A stretch of DNA of 64,000 nucleotides from the human T2T-CHM13v2.0 reference genome, Homo sapiens, in the NCBI RefSeq assembly GCF_009914755.1, contig NC_060935.1. The stretch is one strand, 5' to 3'. A program made the translations under genes and the position numbers. Positions 1 through 14,200 of the stretch are shown in pieces; positions within the stretch are counted from its first letter, which is position 1; the number at the start of each line of letters is the position of its first letter. The notes beneath the pieces were generated by a model. It was not told the origin of the DNA. It did not search any database and saw only the letters and a program-made list of their open reading frames with translations.

Positions 1-1374
1 CAGGGGCAACTATATGCAAACTAAATTGATAGCTATGAGGTCATAGTGTTGAACTGTTGTTGCGAATACTTCTCTCGTAGACACCCTGAGAAGTGATAGT
101 GAGTTCATGCTAAAGCTACAGTCTAACTTTCTAAAAAGAGTTGAAATTATCTCATATTTAACATTCTGTGAATTCCATGTCCAGAAGAGTTCAGGGTTAT
201 CAATGCGGTATTTTCTCAAAATAGAACCACTCTGTTCTCCAAGGACTTAAAATATAGAAGCCCAGGAAATATTCTGTCAGTTATTAAAAATGTCCACTAA
301 CACATGAAAAAGTTGTTTGGAATTATAATATTCAATGTGGGAGAGACATAATCATGACCTTCTTAATCCAAAATCAAAACTGTTTTCCCAAAAGGTTAAC
401 TGCCTTGTTTACAATTACATAAGTTCTAGCTACATTATCCTCATTTTTATTCTTGTTTCTTCTGGAAAATTTATTGGGTTATTATGCCTTTGAAAGTCAT
501 AATGGGTTTTCTGGGATTACTATGTAAGCACTACATAATAATTTCTGTTGGAATTCCCTGCTTTTATTTCTTCACAGCTGCAGCAGAGCCATCAGAAAAC
601 AACTCCTGATTTTAGTTGATCAGATTCAAGTCAATGAAAAAATGACGTTTCTGTGTGTCTACTTCGGGCTAAGCACCAGGGTAGGCACAAGAGAGATCAC
701 AGGGATGAATTAGTCCTAGCCCCTTGGAGATTATCCTCTCACCCTCTCCCCGCCATAGTTATCTTGGTCCTTTTCACATATATCTTAGCAGGTTCTGTTT
801 CAGGCAAAGTTTCACTTCTGTATATGTTTGTTACTACTGTTCATTTGAGATCTGCCACTAACCCTCATTATGACCTGGGACATGTCTGTGGCCCCTCCAC
901 ATGCTGGCAGGATAAAAATTGACCAAATATATGATGCTGTCACATAGATGGATCCTATTATTTGGTGATTACATTGAAATCTTTACTGTAAAAATTGTGT
1001 TGTCAAAAATGAAAACAGATGATACTGAGTAACTCACTAGTGCCCTAAAGTACTCTACAGCTTTTCAAACAAAATTGAATATTCTTTTCAACATTCTCTC
1101 TGTAAAAAAAAAAAACAATTCTATATTAGTGACCCTATATCCAATAGCCAGTTCAAATTTTGTTTTTCTCATGTCATACATCTCTCTTTTGACTTCTCTG
1201 AAGTCATCAATCTACTGGCCACTTACCTTGTGACACAGTGGCAGAAGATGTAGGAAAATCTGTGCTACCCATCATTGACTAGCCACTTTACTATCTGAGG
1301 TTTGTTAGTCTCAACTGTAAAAAAAAGGATCAAATGATCTGGTGTCCTTTTCCATTCAAAGACTCTTGAGGTCA

Positions 1375-1975
1375 AAAGAATTGAATAGAATCACATTGGA
1401 GAAAAACCCTATGAATGTAAGAAATGTGGTTTGGCCTTCAGTTTTCCCAGTTCTTTTTGAAAACATGGAAGAGCTCATGTGGAAGAAAAGCCTTATGAAT
1501 GTAAGAAGCATGATGAGGCCTTTAGTTGTTCCATTTTCACTTCATGGCATAACTTATTCTGGAGAAAAACTATGAATGTATGGAATGTGGGAATGTTTTC
1601 ATTTCTCATATGTATGCAAAGAAACATGGTAATAGACACTGAAGAAAATTTTATAAATATAAGAATGCATACTGGATTAAAGTACTAGTAGTATAAAAAA
1701 TACAGAAAAATGGCGTGAACCCGGGAGGTGGAGCTTGCAGTGAGCCAAGATTGCATAACCGCACTCCAGCCTGGGCGACAGAGTGAGACTCCATCTCAAA
1801 AAAAAAAAAAAAAAAAAAGTACAGAAAAGTTATCACTTTTAACAATTACTTTAAAAGTCACGTGAAACTTCTACTGGAAAGAAATCCTACACGTAATATG
1901 GAAAGCCTGGTGCAAAATAATTATTGTATAATGCTTGTGAAAATTCACAACATGAATAAAATATTACATGACTTA
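1375..1975 (+). pseudogene. Degenerate C2H2 (KRAB-type) zinc-finger gene fragment, likely a 5'-truncated retrocopy of the last fingers plus 3'UTR
   Basis: Frame from 1392 reads [46 protein letters not shown], followed by a frameshifted third GEKNYECMECG-like finger. It has TGEKPY-type linkers, an in-frame stop, and AATAAA at about 1955. No KRAB exon is visible. Confidence 0.75.
1709..1818 (+). mobile_element. 5'-truncated AluY (3' part of right arm plus poly-A)
   Basis: AATGGCGTGAACCCGGGAGGTGGAGCTTGCAGTGAGC (AluY-type), a 21-nt A tail, and an imperfect TSD AAAATACAGAAAA/AAAGTACAGAAAA. Confidence 0.9.
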
Positions 1976-3056
1976 TAAGGTGTTTTGTCCATGACTCACT
2001 TTTTTAAAATTTTTAATTTTTAACTTTTGTGGGTATATAGTAGGTATGTATATTTATGGGGTACATGAGATAGTCTGATATAGGCATGCAATGCATAATA
2101 ATCACACCATGGAAAGTGGAACATTTATCCTTCATATTGCAAATAATGCAATTATAATTTTTAGTTATTTTAAAATGAATAATTAAATTATTTTGATTAT
2201 AATTACCCTACTAAGCTCTCAAATAATAGGTCTTATTCATTAGTTCTATTTTTTGTTGTACCCATTTACCATTCTCACCTCCCTCCCCAGAGCCCCACTA
2301 CCCTTCCCATCCTCTGGTAACCATCCTTTTACTCTCTGTCTCCATGAGTTCAATTGTTTTGACTTCTAGATCCCAAAAATAAGTGGGAACATGCAATGTT
2401 TTTCTTTCTGTGCCTGGCTTATTTTACTTAACACAATGACCTCCATTTCCATCCATGTTGTTGCAAATGATAGGACCTCATTCTCTTTTACGGCTGAACA
2501 GTACCACATTTTCCTTACTATTCATCTGTTGTTGGACACTTAGGTTGCTTCCAAATCTTGTCTACTGTGAACAGTGCTGCAACAAACATGAGGTGCAGAT
2601 ATTGATTCAATATACTGATTTCCTTTCTTTTGGGTATATACCCAGCAGTGGGATTGCTGGATCATATGGCAGCTCAATTTTTAGTTTTTTGAGGAACCTT
2701 CAAACTGTTCTTGATAGTGGTCGTGCTAATTTACATTCCCACCAACAGTGAATGAGAGTTCCCTTTTTTCCACATCCTCCCAGCATTTGTTATTGCCTGA
2801 TTTTTGGATAAAAGCCATTTTCACTAGGGTGAGATGATATTAATTGTGGTTTTGATTTGCATTTCTCTGATGATCAGTGACGTTCAGCACCTATTTTCCA
2901 TGTGTATGTCTTCTTTAGAGAAGTGTCTATTCAAATCTTCTGCCCATTTTTAAATTGGATTATTAGATTTTTTTTCTATAGAGTTATTTGAGCTCCTTAT
3001 ATATTCTGGTTATTAATCCCTTGTCAGATGGGTAGTTTGCAAATATGCTATCCCAT

Positions 3057-5531
<2,475 letters not shown>

Positions 5532-5585
5532 GCCCTTCTGTGGATTGTCTCTTAACTTTGTTGATTTTTCTTATGCTGTGCAGGT

Positions 5586-5813
5586 TTTTTTCTTTCTTTT
5601 ACTTTAAATTCTGGGATACATATGTAGAATGTGTAGATTTGTCACATAGGTATACATGTGCCATTGTGGTTTGCTGCACCTACCAACACATCATCTAGAT
5701 TTTAAACCCTGCTTGCATTAGGTATTTGTCCTAATGCTCTCCCTCCCCTTGCCCTCCACTCCCAACAGGCCACTGTGTGTGATATTCCTCTCCCTATGTC
5801 CATGTGTTCTCAT
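5586..5813 (-). mobile_element. L1PA 3' end fragment
   Basis: CATAGGTATACATGTGCCAT...GCATTAGGTATTTGTCCTAATGCTCTCCCTCCCC, the antisense L1PA 3'UTR. Confidence 0.85.
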
Positions 5814-6640
5814 CTGGAAAGTTTGGGAAATTTTCTGACATTATTTCTTTGAATACACTTTTCTCTCCTACCCTTTTACTTCATTCTCCATAAGGCCAAT
5901 AACTCTTAAATTTGCCCTTTTCAGGCTATTTTCTAGATCTTGTAGGCATGCTTCATTGTTTTTATTCTTTTTTCTTTTGTCTCCTCTGTGTATTTTCAAG
6001 TAGCCCATTTTTAAACTCACTAATTCTTTCTTTCCTTGATTAAGAGACTCTGATGCATTCTTGAATATGTCAACTACATTTTTCAACTCTAGAATTTTAC
6101 TTGTTTATTTTTAATTATTTCAACCTCTTCATTAAATTTATCTGTTAGAATTCTGAATACCTTCTCTGTTATCTTGAATTTCTTTGAGTTTCCTCTAAAC
6201 AGCTGTTTTGAATTCTCTGTCTGAAAGGTCATACATCTTTATTTCTCTAGGATTGGTCCATGGTATCTTATTTAGTTTGTTTGGTGAAGTCATGTTTTTC
6301 TGGATTATTTTCATACTTGTAGATGTTCACTGGTTTCTGAGCATTGAAGAGTTTGATATTGCAGTCTTTGCAGTCTGGGCTTGTTTGTGCCTGTCCTTCT
6401 TGAGAAAACTTTCCAGGTATTTGAAGGGACTTGGATGCCAATCCCAATAATACTGTAGTTTTTGCAGTCTCAGAGAGATACCACCTCGGGGGTCTTAGAT
6501 AAGATCACAGATAATTATCTGCATTACCCAGAAAAAAGAATCTTGTTCTCTTTCCTTATTTTATCCCAGACAAATGGTCAATCTCTCTGCTGAGCCAGCT
6601 GGAACTGGAGTGTGGTGATGCAAGCATCCCAGTGGTCACC
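5814..6640 (-). mobile_element. Old L1 ORF1/5' region fragment
   Basis: Minus ORF 5868-6086 contains ORF1p-like LQDLENSLKRANLRVIGL. Confidence 0.75.
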
Positions 6641-6649
6641 ATATATGAA

Positions 6650-6965
6650 ATTAGCTGTGTGTTTTTAAAAAATGCCTTAAAGCAGGTTGAGAAAATTCTA
6701 TTCTGTTCACTATTTATTGAATGTTTCATTATTAAGGAGTGTTGAACTTTTTCAAGTAGTTTTTCTGAATCTATTGGGAAAATCATGTGGGTTTTGACCT
6801 TTATTTTATTTATATGGTGTATTATATTGTCTTTCAGATGTAAAAGCAGCATTGCTTGTATGGGTTAAATCTCTCTTGGTAATGAAGTACAAGTTTTTTT
6901 TATTTATGGATAGATTCAGTTTGTTAGTATTTTTTTAATGCTTTTTGCATCATATTCAGAGAGAT
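6650..6965 (-). mobile_element. Old L1 ORF2 (RT region) fragment
   Basis: Minus ORF 6556-6852 contains NIIHHINKIKVKTHMIFPIDSEKLLEKVQH, homologous to L1 ORF2 NVIHHINR...HMIISIDAEKAFDKIQH. Confidence 0.8.
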
Positions 6966-6979
6966 TCCTATTCCCTAGT

Positions 6980-7117
6980 AGAGTGTATAACATGTATTTA
7001 GCTAGTATATAGTGATCGCACAAATCTAGATGGTGGAGTCTATTACACATTTAGACTATACTATCATATATGCAGTCTGTCATTGACCGAAAGGTTGTTA
7101 TGTGATACATGAATGTA
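6980..7117 (+). mobile_element. TcMar-Tigger (Tigger3/MER7-like) terminal fragment
   Basis: Ends TATATGCAGTCTGTCATTGACCGAAAGGTTGTTATGTGATACATGAATGTA, resembling the Tigger3 terminus. Confidence 0.55.
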
Positions 7118-7194
7118 ATATGTACACAAAGTACAGTTTTGTACAGAAATAATAGTGTGTGTATATAGTTCATATTACATATCACTAAAATACA

Positions 7195-7389
7195 TGTACT
7201 TAACATCCTTAACAGGTTCTTGGAAATCGTGACTTTAAGCAAAACAACGTATAGTATGTCAAAGAAACTTGACTTGAATTTATATCAATTTGTGTAGGAT
7301 AACATTGATTTCATTATATAGCATATTGTGTCACTTAAAGTCACAGTTTCTAAGAACCTGTTGACAACATTAAGTGAGAATGTACTGTA
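7195..7389. mobile_element. Palindromic Tigger-family MITE (MER6B/C-like)
   Basis: Long imperfect terminal inverted repeats: AACAGGTTCTTGGAAATCGTGACTTTAAG pairs with CTTAAAGTCACAGTTTCTAAGAACCTGTT. It ends in ACTGTA. Confidence 0.75.
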
Positions 7390-8789
7390 GTTAGTATTAT
7401 AGTATATAGTACAGCATTATAATACCATAGTGTATTATTGTAGTCTTAACAGTTGGTAGTATAATGTGTTTCAGTTCTCTTCCTGTTCATAGGATTATTC
7501 AGACAAACCAATAACACCCTACTGTGGGAATCAAAGAGCATCTCACTTTCTTGATCCTGCAAAGCCTTCCCCTGACACCCCCTGCTTGCTTTCTCTGCTT
7601 CCAGGTGCAATATCTGTGTGGGCCCATGTAGCTTACGGTACTTTCCTCCTTTTAACTGTGAGTATACGTAACTAGTAAATTGTTGTCAATCTTAAAGATC
7701 CTTGAAGTTGAGAGATAATAAATATATTTGATACAAGACTCCATAGCTTCTATTTTTTTTTCCAATTTTAGTCTCTAAACTGTAAAGCATTCATGAAGAC
7801 TTAAGCCTGCGATGTCTCAGTTCTGCTCCATGTGTTTATATACAACCAGAGGAAACAGTGGCTTGAGTTTGCCTTTTTAAATCTTTTTTTTGGCTTTTCT
7901 CCCCACTTTATCAGGACATCCTTTGTTTTCTCTAAAAGTTATCCAGAGCACTGCTCTCACACTACACATATAAAGGACATAGTAAGTGAGGTAGTGACAA
8001 AATTCTGGTTAATGATATCTTGCTTGATTTCTGTAGAACTATAGGGTTTAATTCCTAGATCTAGATGCGTTATTCATTGTCACAGGCTGAGCCAACTGCC
8101 CTAGATTTATGGAGGGAATAACTGAGGAACTGCTTCTCAGCCAACATCTTGCTGAAGAGTGAAAGGAACAGAAGTTTTAAGACTCCCACAGTATTCACTT
8201 CAGAGAGTTTACTAATGCCCCAGAATTCCAAACATTCTCTACTGTCATTGTACCATGTAGCCTTTCAAGTGGTGGCAAATGGTCTGTGTAGTTTCCATAT
8301 TTTCTATCAACTGCAAGAGCACCCAAGGTAAAAATGAATAGGAAATGAGTGTGGCAGAGTGAATATAAATTGCTGCATTTTTGAGAAGAACACATCAAAG
8401 TCTTGGCAGTTGTTCTGTGAGGAACCTGAGTCACATTGCTGAAGTCCATTGAGAATAGGAGGATAAAGTCAGCTTGATGAAATGTGGGTTTGGTGTCTGT
8501 AATGGTTAATTATAGATGCAAATATGACTGGGTTGAAGGAAGGATGCCTGGATGGCTGGCAAACCATTGTTCTGGATTGTCTGAAAGGATATTTCCAGGG
8601 GGGAGTTGTGTATGCATTAGTGAACTGAGTGGGGAAGATTTACTGTCAATGTGGGGAGGCACCATCTAATTGGCTGGGGCCCAGCTGGAACAAAATGTGT
8701 GGGATGCCCTTCTTCTCCTGCTCTTGTACATCAAAACTCCAGGTTCCTTGGCCTGTGAACCATTTGGCCTTATGGCACCTTTCCTGAGG

Positions 8790-9585
8790 GTGATCATCCA
8801 GCCACCAGGTGTCAGGTTATTGGCCTGCTTCCATCATGGAAAAGCAGCATTTCATCCTTACTGGAATAGATGCTTACTCTGGATATGAATTTGCTTTTCT
8901 TGCATGCAGTGTTTCTGCCTAAAATACTATCTGTAGACTTACAGAATGCCTTATTCACCATCATGGTATTCCAGTTGGTATTGGTTCTAATCATGTCAGC
9001 CAAAGAAGTGCAGCAATTGGCTCATGCTGAAGGAATTCACTGGTTTTACCACGTACCCCGCCATCCTGAAGCAGCTGGCTTGACAGAAGGGTGAAATGGC
9101 CTTTTGAAGACACAGTTACAGCACCAGATAGGTAATAGCACCTTGTAAGGCTGGGACAAGGTGCTCAGAAGGTTGTATGTGCTTTGCATTAGAATGCAAG
9201 ATGTGGTACTATTTTTTTTCCATAGTCAAAATTCACGGGTCCAAGAATCAAGGAGTGGAAAGAAATGCAAGTGGCATCACTCACTATTACTCCTAGTGAC
9301 ACCATAGCAAAAATTTTTTTTCTTGTTCCCATGACTTTGTGCTCTGCTGGCCTAGAAGTAATAGTTCCAGAGGAAGGAATACTCCCACCAGGAGACACAA
9401 AAATGATTCCAATAAATTGGAAGTTAAGACTGCCACGTGTACACTTTTTGTCCCCCAAGCCTCTGATTCAACAGTCTAAGAAGGGAGTTACAGCGTTGGT
9501 TGGGGACAGTGATCTGGACTACCAAGAGAAAATTAGACTATTATTCTATGACAGAGATCAGAAGGAGTGTGTCTGGAATACAAAA
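8790..9585 (+). pseudogene. ERVL integrase C-terminal part and dUTPase remnant
   Basis: Frames give GIDAYSGYEFAF, HAEGIHWFYHVPRHPEAAGL and LCSAGLEVIVPEEGILPPGDTKMIPINWKLRLP...KKGVTALVGDSDLDYQEKIRLL, matching the HERV-L IN-dUTPase order. Frameshifted. Confidence 0.85.
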
Positions 9586-9589
9586 GTTA

Positions 9590-10870
9590 CATATATTATA
9601 TAATAAAATACAGAAGTTATATATATAATATATATTATATAATTCTGTATAATATATAATATATATTATATAATTCTGTATAATATATAATATATATTAT
9701 ATAATTCTGTATAATATATAATATATATTATATAATTCTGTATAATATATAATATATATTATATAATTCTGTATAATATATAATATATATTATATAATTC
9801 TGTATAATATATATTATATAATTCTGTATAATATATAATATATATTACATAATTCTGTATAATATATAATATATATTACATAATTCTGTATAATATATAA
9901 TATATATTACATAATTCTGTATAATATATAATATATATTACATAATTCTGTATAATATATAATATATATTATATAATTCTGTATAATATATAATATATAT
10001 TATATAATTCTGTATAATATATATTATATAATTCTGTATAATATATAATATATATTATATAATTCTGTATAATATATATTATATAATTCTGTATAATATA
10101 TATTACATAATTCTGTATAATATATAATATATGTGACATAATTCTGTATAATATATAATATATGTTACATAATTCTGTATAATATATAATATATATTATA
10201 TAATTCTGTATAATATATAATATAATTCTGTATAATATATAATATATATAATATAATTCTGTATAATATATAATATATATAATTCTGTATAATATATAAT
10301 ATATATAATTCTGTATAATATATAATATATACAATATAATTCTGTATAATATATAATATATATTATATAATTCTGTATAATATATAATATAATATAATTC
10401 TGTATAATATATAATATATATTATATAATTCTGTAAAATATTTAATATATAATATATATTATATAATTCTGTATAATATATAATATAACATAATTCTGTA
10501 TAATATATAATATATATTATATAATTCTGTATATAATATATAATATATATTAGAGTATATATTATATAGTATATATATTCTATATATAATATTTCTGTAT
10601 TATATATAATATATATTCTGTAATATATAACACATTCTGTAATATATATCATATAATATGATATATATTACAGAATATATATAATATATATATTACAGGT
10701 TTATAATATATATACCTTCTGTAATATATATAATTTATATTCTATACATTCTATATAATATATATACATTCTGTAATATATAATATAGAATATATGTTAT
10801 ATATTATAATATATATTATATAAAAGTTCTGTATTATATATTATATAATTATATATTATATATATAATAT
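9590..10870. repeat. AT-rich minisatellite, 31-bp unit ATAATTCTGTATAATATATAATATATATTAT, decaying into (TA)n
   Basis: The AATTCTGTAT core recurs at 9641, 9672, 9703 and onward (period 31), with shorter variants distally. Confidence 0.95.
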
Positions 10871-11033
10871 ATATAACTTCTGTATTCCAGACATACTCTT
10901 TTCTGATCTCCATCATGGAATAATAATAGTCTAATTTTCTCTTGGTAGTCCAGATCACTATCCCCAACCAACACTGTAACTCCCTTCTTAGACTGTTGAA
11001 TCAGAGGCTTGAGGGACATAAAGTGTAAACATG
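10861..11033 (-). repeat. Inverted duplicate of 9434-9602 (ERVL dUTPase segment)
   Basis: The reverse complement aligns to 9434-9602 with about 12 substitutions and 2 small indels over about 158 bp of non-AT sequence (hand count, roughly 90 percent). Confidence 0.95.
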
Positions 11034-11280
11034 TATAATATTATATATAATATATAATATAATTGTATATGTTATACATATTATAAATAATGTATAATAC
11101 ATGTAATATATAACTTCTATATTGCATATAATTATATATTATAATTATATGAAATATATATATATATAAATATATATTATGTCTCCTATTCTGTCTCTCT
11201 AAAGAACCTGTCTAATACAGTGTCCACCTGCCTTCTTTTTTACTGCCTTCCTTTGGCACCATACTGTTTATAGTGGCTCA

Positions 11281-14200
11281 TTTTTTTTTTCAACCCTTAT
11301 TTTAGAATCAGGGAGTTCATGTGCAGTTTTATTACAAAGCTATATTGCATGATGCTGAGGTTTGGAGTATGAATGAATTTGTGGACCAAAGTAGCGAGCA
11401 TAGTACCCAATAGGTAGTTTTTTTCAACTCTTAACCCCTCCCTTCCCCTATTGTATTCCCCAGTGTCTACGGTTCCTATTTGTAGGAACAGTGGTGGTGC
11501 ATAAAAATATGCACAACCCAATGTTTAGCCCCCACTTATAAGCGAGAGCATGTGGTATTTGGTTTTCTGTTTCTACATTCGTTTGTTTAGTATAATGGTT
11601 TCCAGATACATCCATGTTGCTGCAAGGGATCAGATTTGTTTCTTTTTTATGGCTGCATAGTATTCCATGATGTATATGTATCACATATTTTTTATCCAAT
11701 CCACAATTAGTGGGCACCTGGGTTGATTAATGTCTTTGCTATTGTGAATAGCACTGCAATGACCATATGGCTCCATGTGTCTTTTTGGTAGAATGATTTA
11801 TTTTCCTCTGGGTATATATCCAGTAGTGGCACTGCTGGGTCAAATAGTAGTTCAACACTCATTTCTTTGAGAAATCTCCAAACTGCTTTCCACAGTGACT
11901 ATACTAATCTATATTTCCACCAACAGTTTGTAAGTGGTCCCTTTTCGCTGCAGCCTCACAAACATTTGTTATTTTTTGACTTTTTAACAAAAGCCATTCT
12001 GATTGGTGTGAGATGGTGTGCGATTGTGGTTTTGATTAGTATTTCTCTGATGATTAGTGATGATTATGAGCCTTTCTTCATATGTTTGTTGACCACTGTA
12101 TGTCATCTTTTGAGAAGTGCCTGTTGATGTCCTTTGCCCACTTTTGAATGGGGTTGGTTTTTTAAATTGATTTGTTCATTATAAATCCTGGAAATGACAC
12201 CTTTTTTGGATGCATAGATTGCAAATAATTTTTCCCATTCTACAGGTTGTCTGTTTACTCTCTTGGTAGTTTCTCTTGCTGTGCAGAGCTCTTTAGTTTA
12301 ATTAGGTCCCACTTGTCAATTTCTGTCCTTGCTGCAAATGCTTTTGTAGGTTTAGTAATAAATTATTTGCCAAGGCTGATGTTGAGAAGGGTATTTCCTA
12401 AGTTTTCTTCTAGGATTTTTATAGTTCAGGTCTTACATTTAAGTCTTTAATGCATCTCATGTTGATTTTTGTACAAGGTGATATGTAAGGGTCCAATTTC
12501 ATTCTGCTGTTATCCCAGCACCATTTATTGACTTGCCAGTTATCCCAGCACCATTTATTGAACAGGGAGTCTTTTCTTTGTTGCTTATTTTTGTCAACTT
12601 TGTTGAAGATCAGTTGGTTGTAGGTGTGTGGCTTTTATGTGTTTTCTATTCTATTCCCTTGGTCTATGTATCTGTTTTTGTACAAGAACCATGCTGTTAT
12701 GGTTACTGTAGCCTTGTAGTATAGTTTGAAATTGGGTAATGCGATTCCTCTGGCTTTATTCTTTTCACTTAGAATTGCTGTGGCTATTGGGCTGTTTTTT
12801 GGTTCCACATGTACTTTAGAATATTTTTTTCTAATTCTGTAAAATAAACATTGGTAGTTTGGTAGAAATAACATTGCATTTGTATATTGCTTAGGGCAGT
12901 ATGGCTATTTTAACTATGTTGATGCTTCCAACCCATGAGTATGGGATATTTTTGCATTTGTTTGTGTCATCTATAATCTCTTTCAGTAGTGTTTTGCAAT
13001 TTTCCTAGTAGAGATCTTTTACCTATATATTTTTTACCTATACATATTCCTAGGCAATTTATTCTTTCTGTGGCCATTGTAAGTAAGATTACATTCTTAA
13101 TTTGGTTCTCGGCTTGAGTGTTATTGGTATATAGAAATGCTACTGATTTTTGTACATTGAGTTTGTATCCTGAAACTTTGCTAAAGTTTCTATCAGCTCT
13201 AGGAGTCTTTTGGCAGAGTCTTTAGCATTTTCTAAGTATAGAGTCATATCATCAGTGAAGAGAAATAGCTTGACTTCTTCTTTTCCTGTTTGGATGCCCT
13301 TTATTTCTTTCTCTTGACTGATTTCTCTGGCTAACAATTCCGGAACTCTATTGAATAGTAGTGGTGGGAGTGGGCATCCTTATCTTGTTCCAGTTCTTAA
13401 GGGGAATTCTTCCAGCTTTTGCCAATTCAGTATGATGCTGGCTGTAGGTTTGTCATAGATGGCACTTATTATTTTGAAGTATATGCCTCTGATACCTAGT
13501 TTGTTGAGTATTTTTATCATAAAGAGATGTTAAATTTTATCCACAGTTTTTCTGTGTCTATTGAGATGATTATATGGTTTTTGTTTTTAATCCTGTTTGT
13601 GATGAATGACATTTATTGATTTGCATATGCTGACCTAATCTTGCATCCCAGGAATAAAGCCTACTTGATCAAGGTGAATTAGCTCTTTGATTTGCTTCTG
13701 GATTCAGTTTGCTAGCCTTCTGTTGAAAATTTCTGCATTTGTGTTCATCAAACATATTGGCCTAAAGTTTTTTTTTTTTTTTTTTTTTCGTTGTGTGTTT
13801 TTATGGTAGCAGGTACCATTCTTTTGTTTCCATGTTTAGCACTCAAAGACCCCTTGTAAGTCTGGTCTAATGCTAATTAATTCCCTTAGCGTTTGCTTCT
13901 CTGAAAGAAATTTTATTTTCCCTTCACTTACGGAGCTTAGTTTCGAGGGATATGATGTTCTCAGTTGGATTTTTTTTAAGGATGCTGAAGATAGTTCTCC
14001 AATTTCTTCTGCTTTGAGAGGTCCCTTGCTAGCCTGATGGGTTTCCCTTTGTAAATGACCTGATCCTTTTCTCTAGTTGCCTTTGAGATTTTTTTCTTTC
14101 ATGTTGAACTTAGACAATCTGATGACTGTGTGCCTAGCAGATAGTCATTTTGTATGATATCTTTCAGGGGTCTCTGAATTCCTTGAATTTTCATGTTGGT

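Larger units (their letters stand above)
8498..11219 (+). mobile_element. Internally deleted and rearranged MLT2/ERVL provirus remnant
   Basis: Starts TGTAATGGTTAAT (MLT2 LTR 5' part to about 8755) and ends CTAAAGAACCTGTCTAATACA (MLT2 3' end). A perfect 5-bp TSD GTGTC lies at 8493-8497 and 11220-11224. Confidence 0.88.

Noticed and set aside
9630-10520. Regular 31-bp repeats resembling a CRISPR array
   Set aside because: Units are head-to-tail with no unique spacers, there are no cas genes, and the context is mammalian.
9969-10652. 227-aa Y/I-rich ORF
   Set aside because: Translation of the AT-rich minisatellite; low complexity, with no coding signal.
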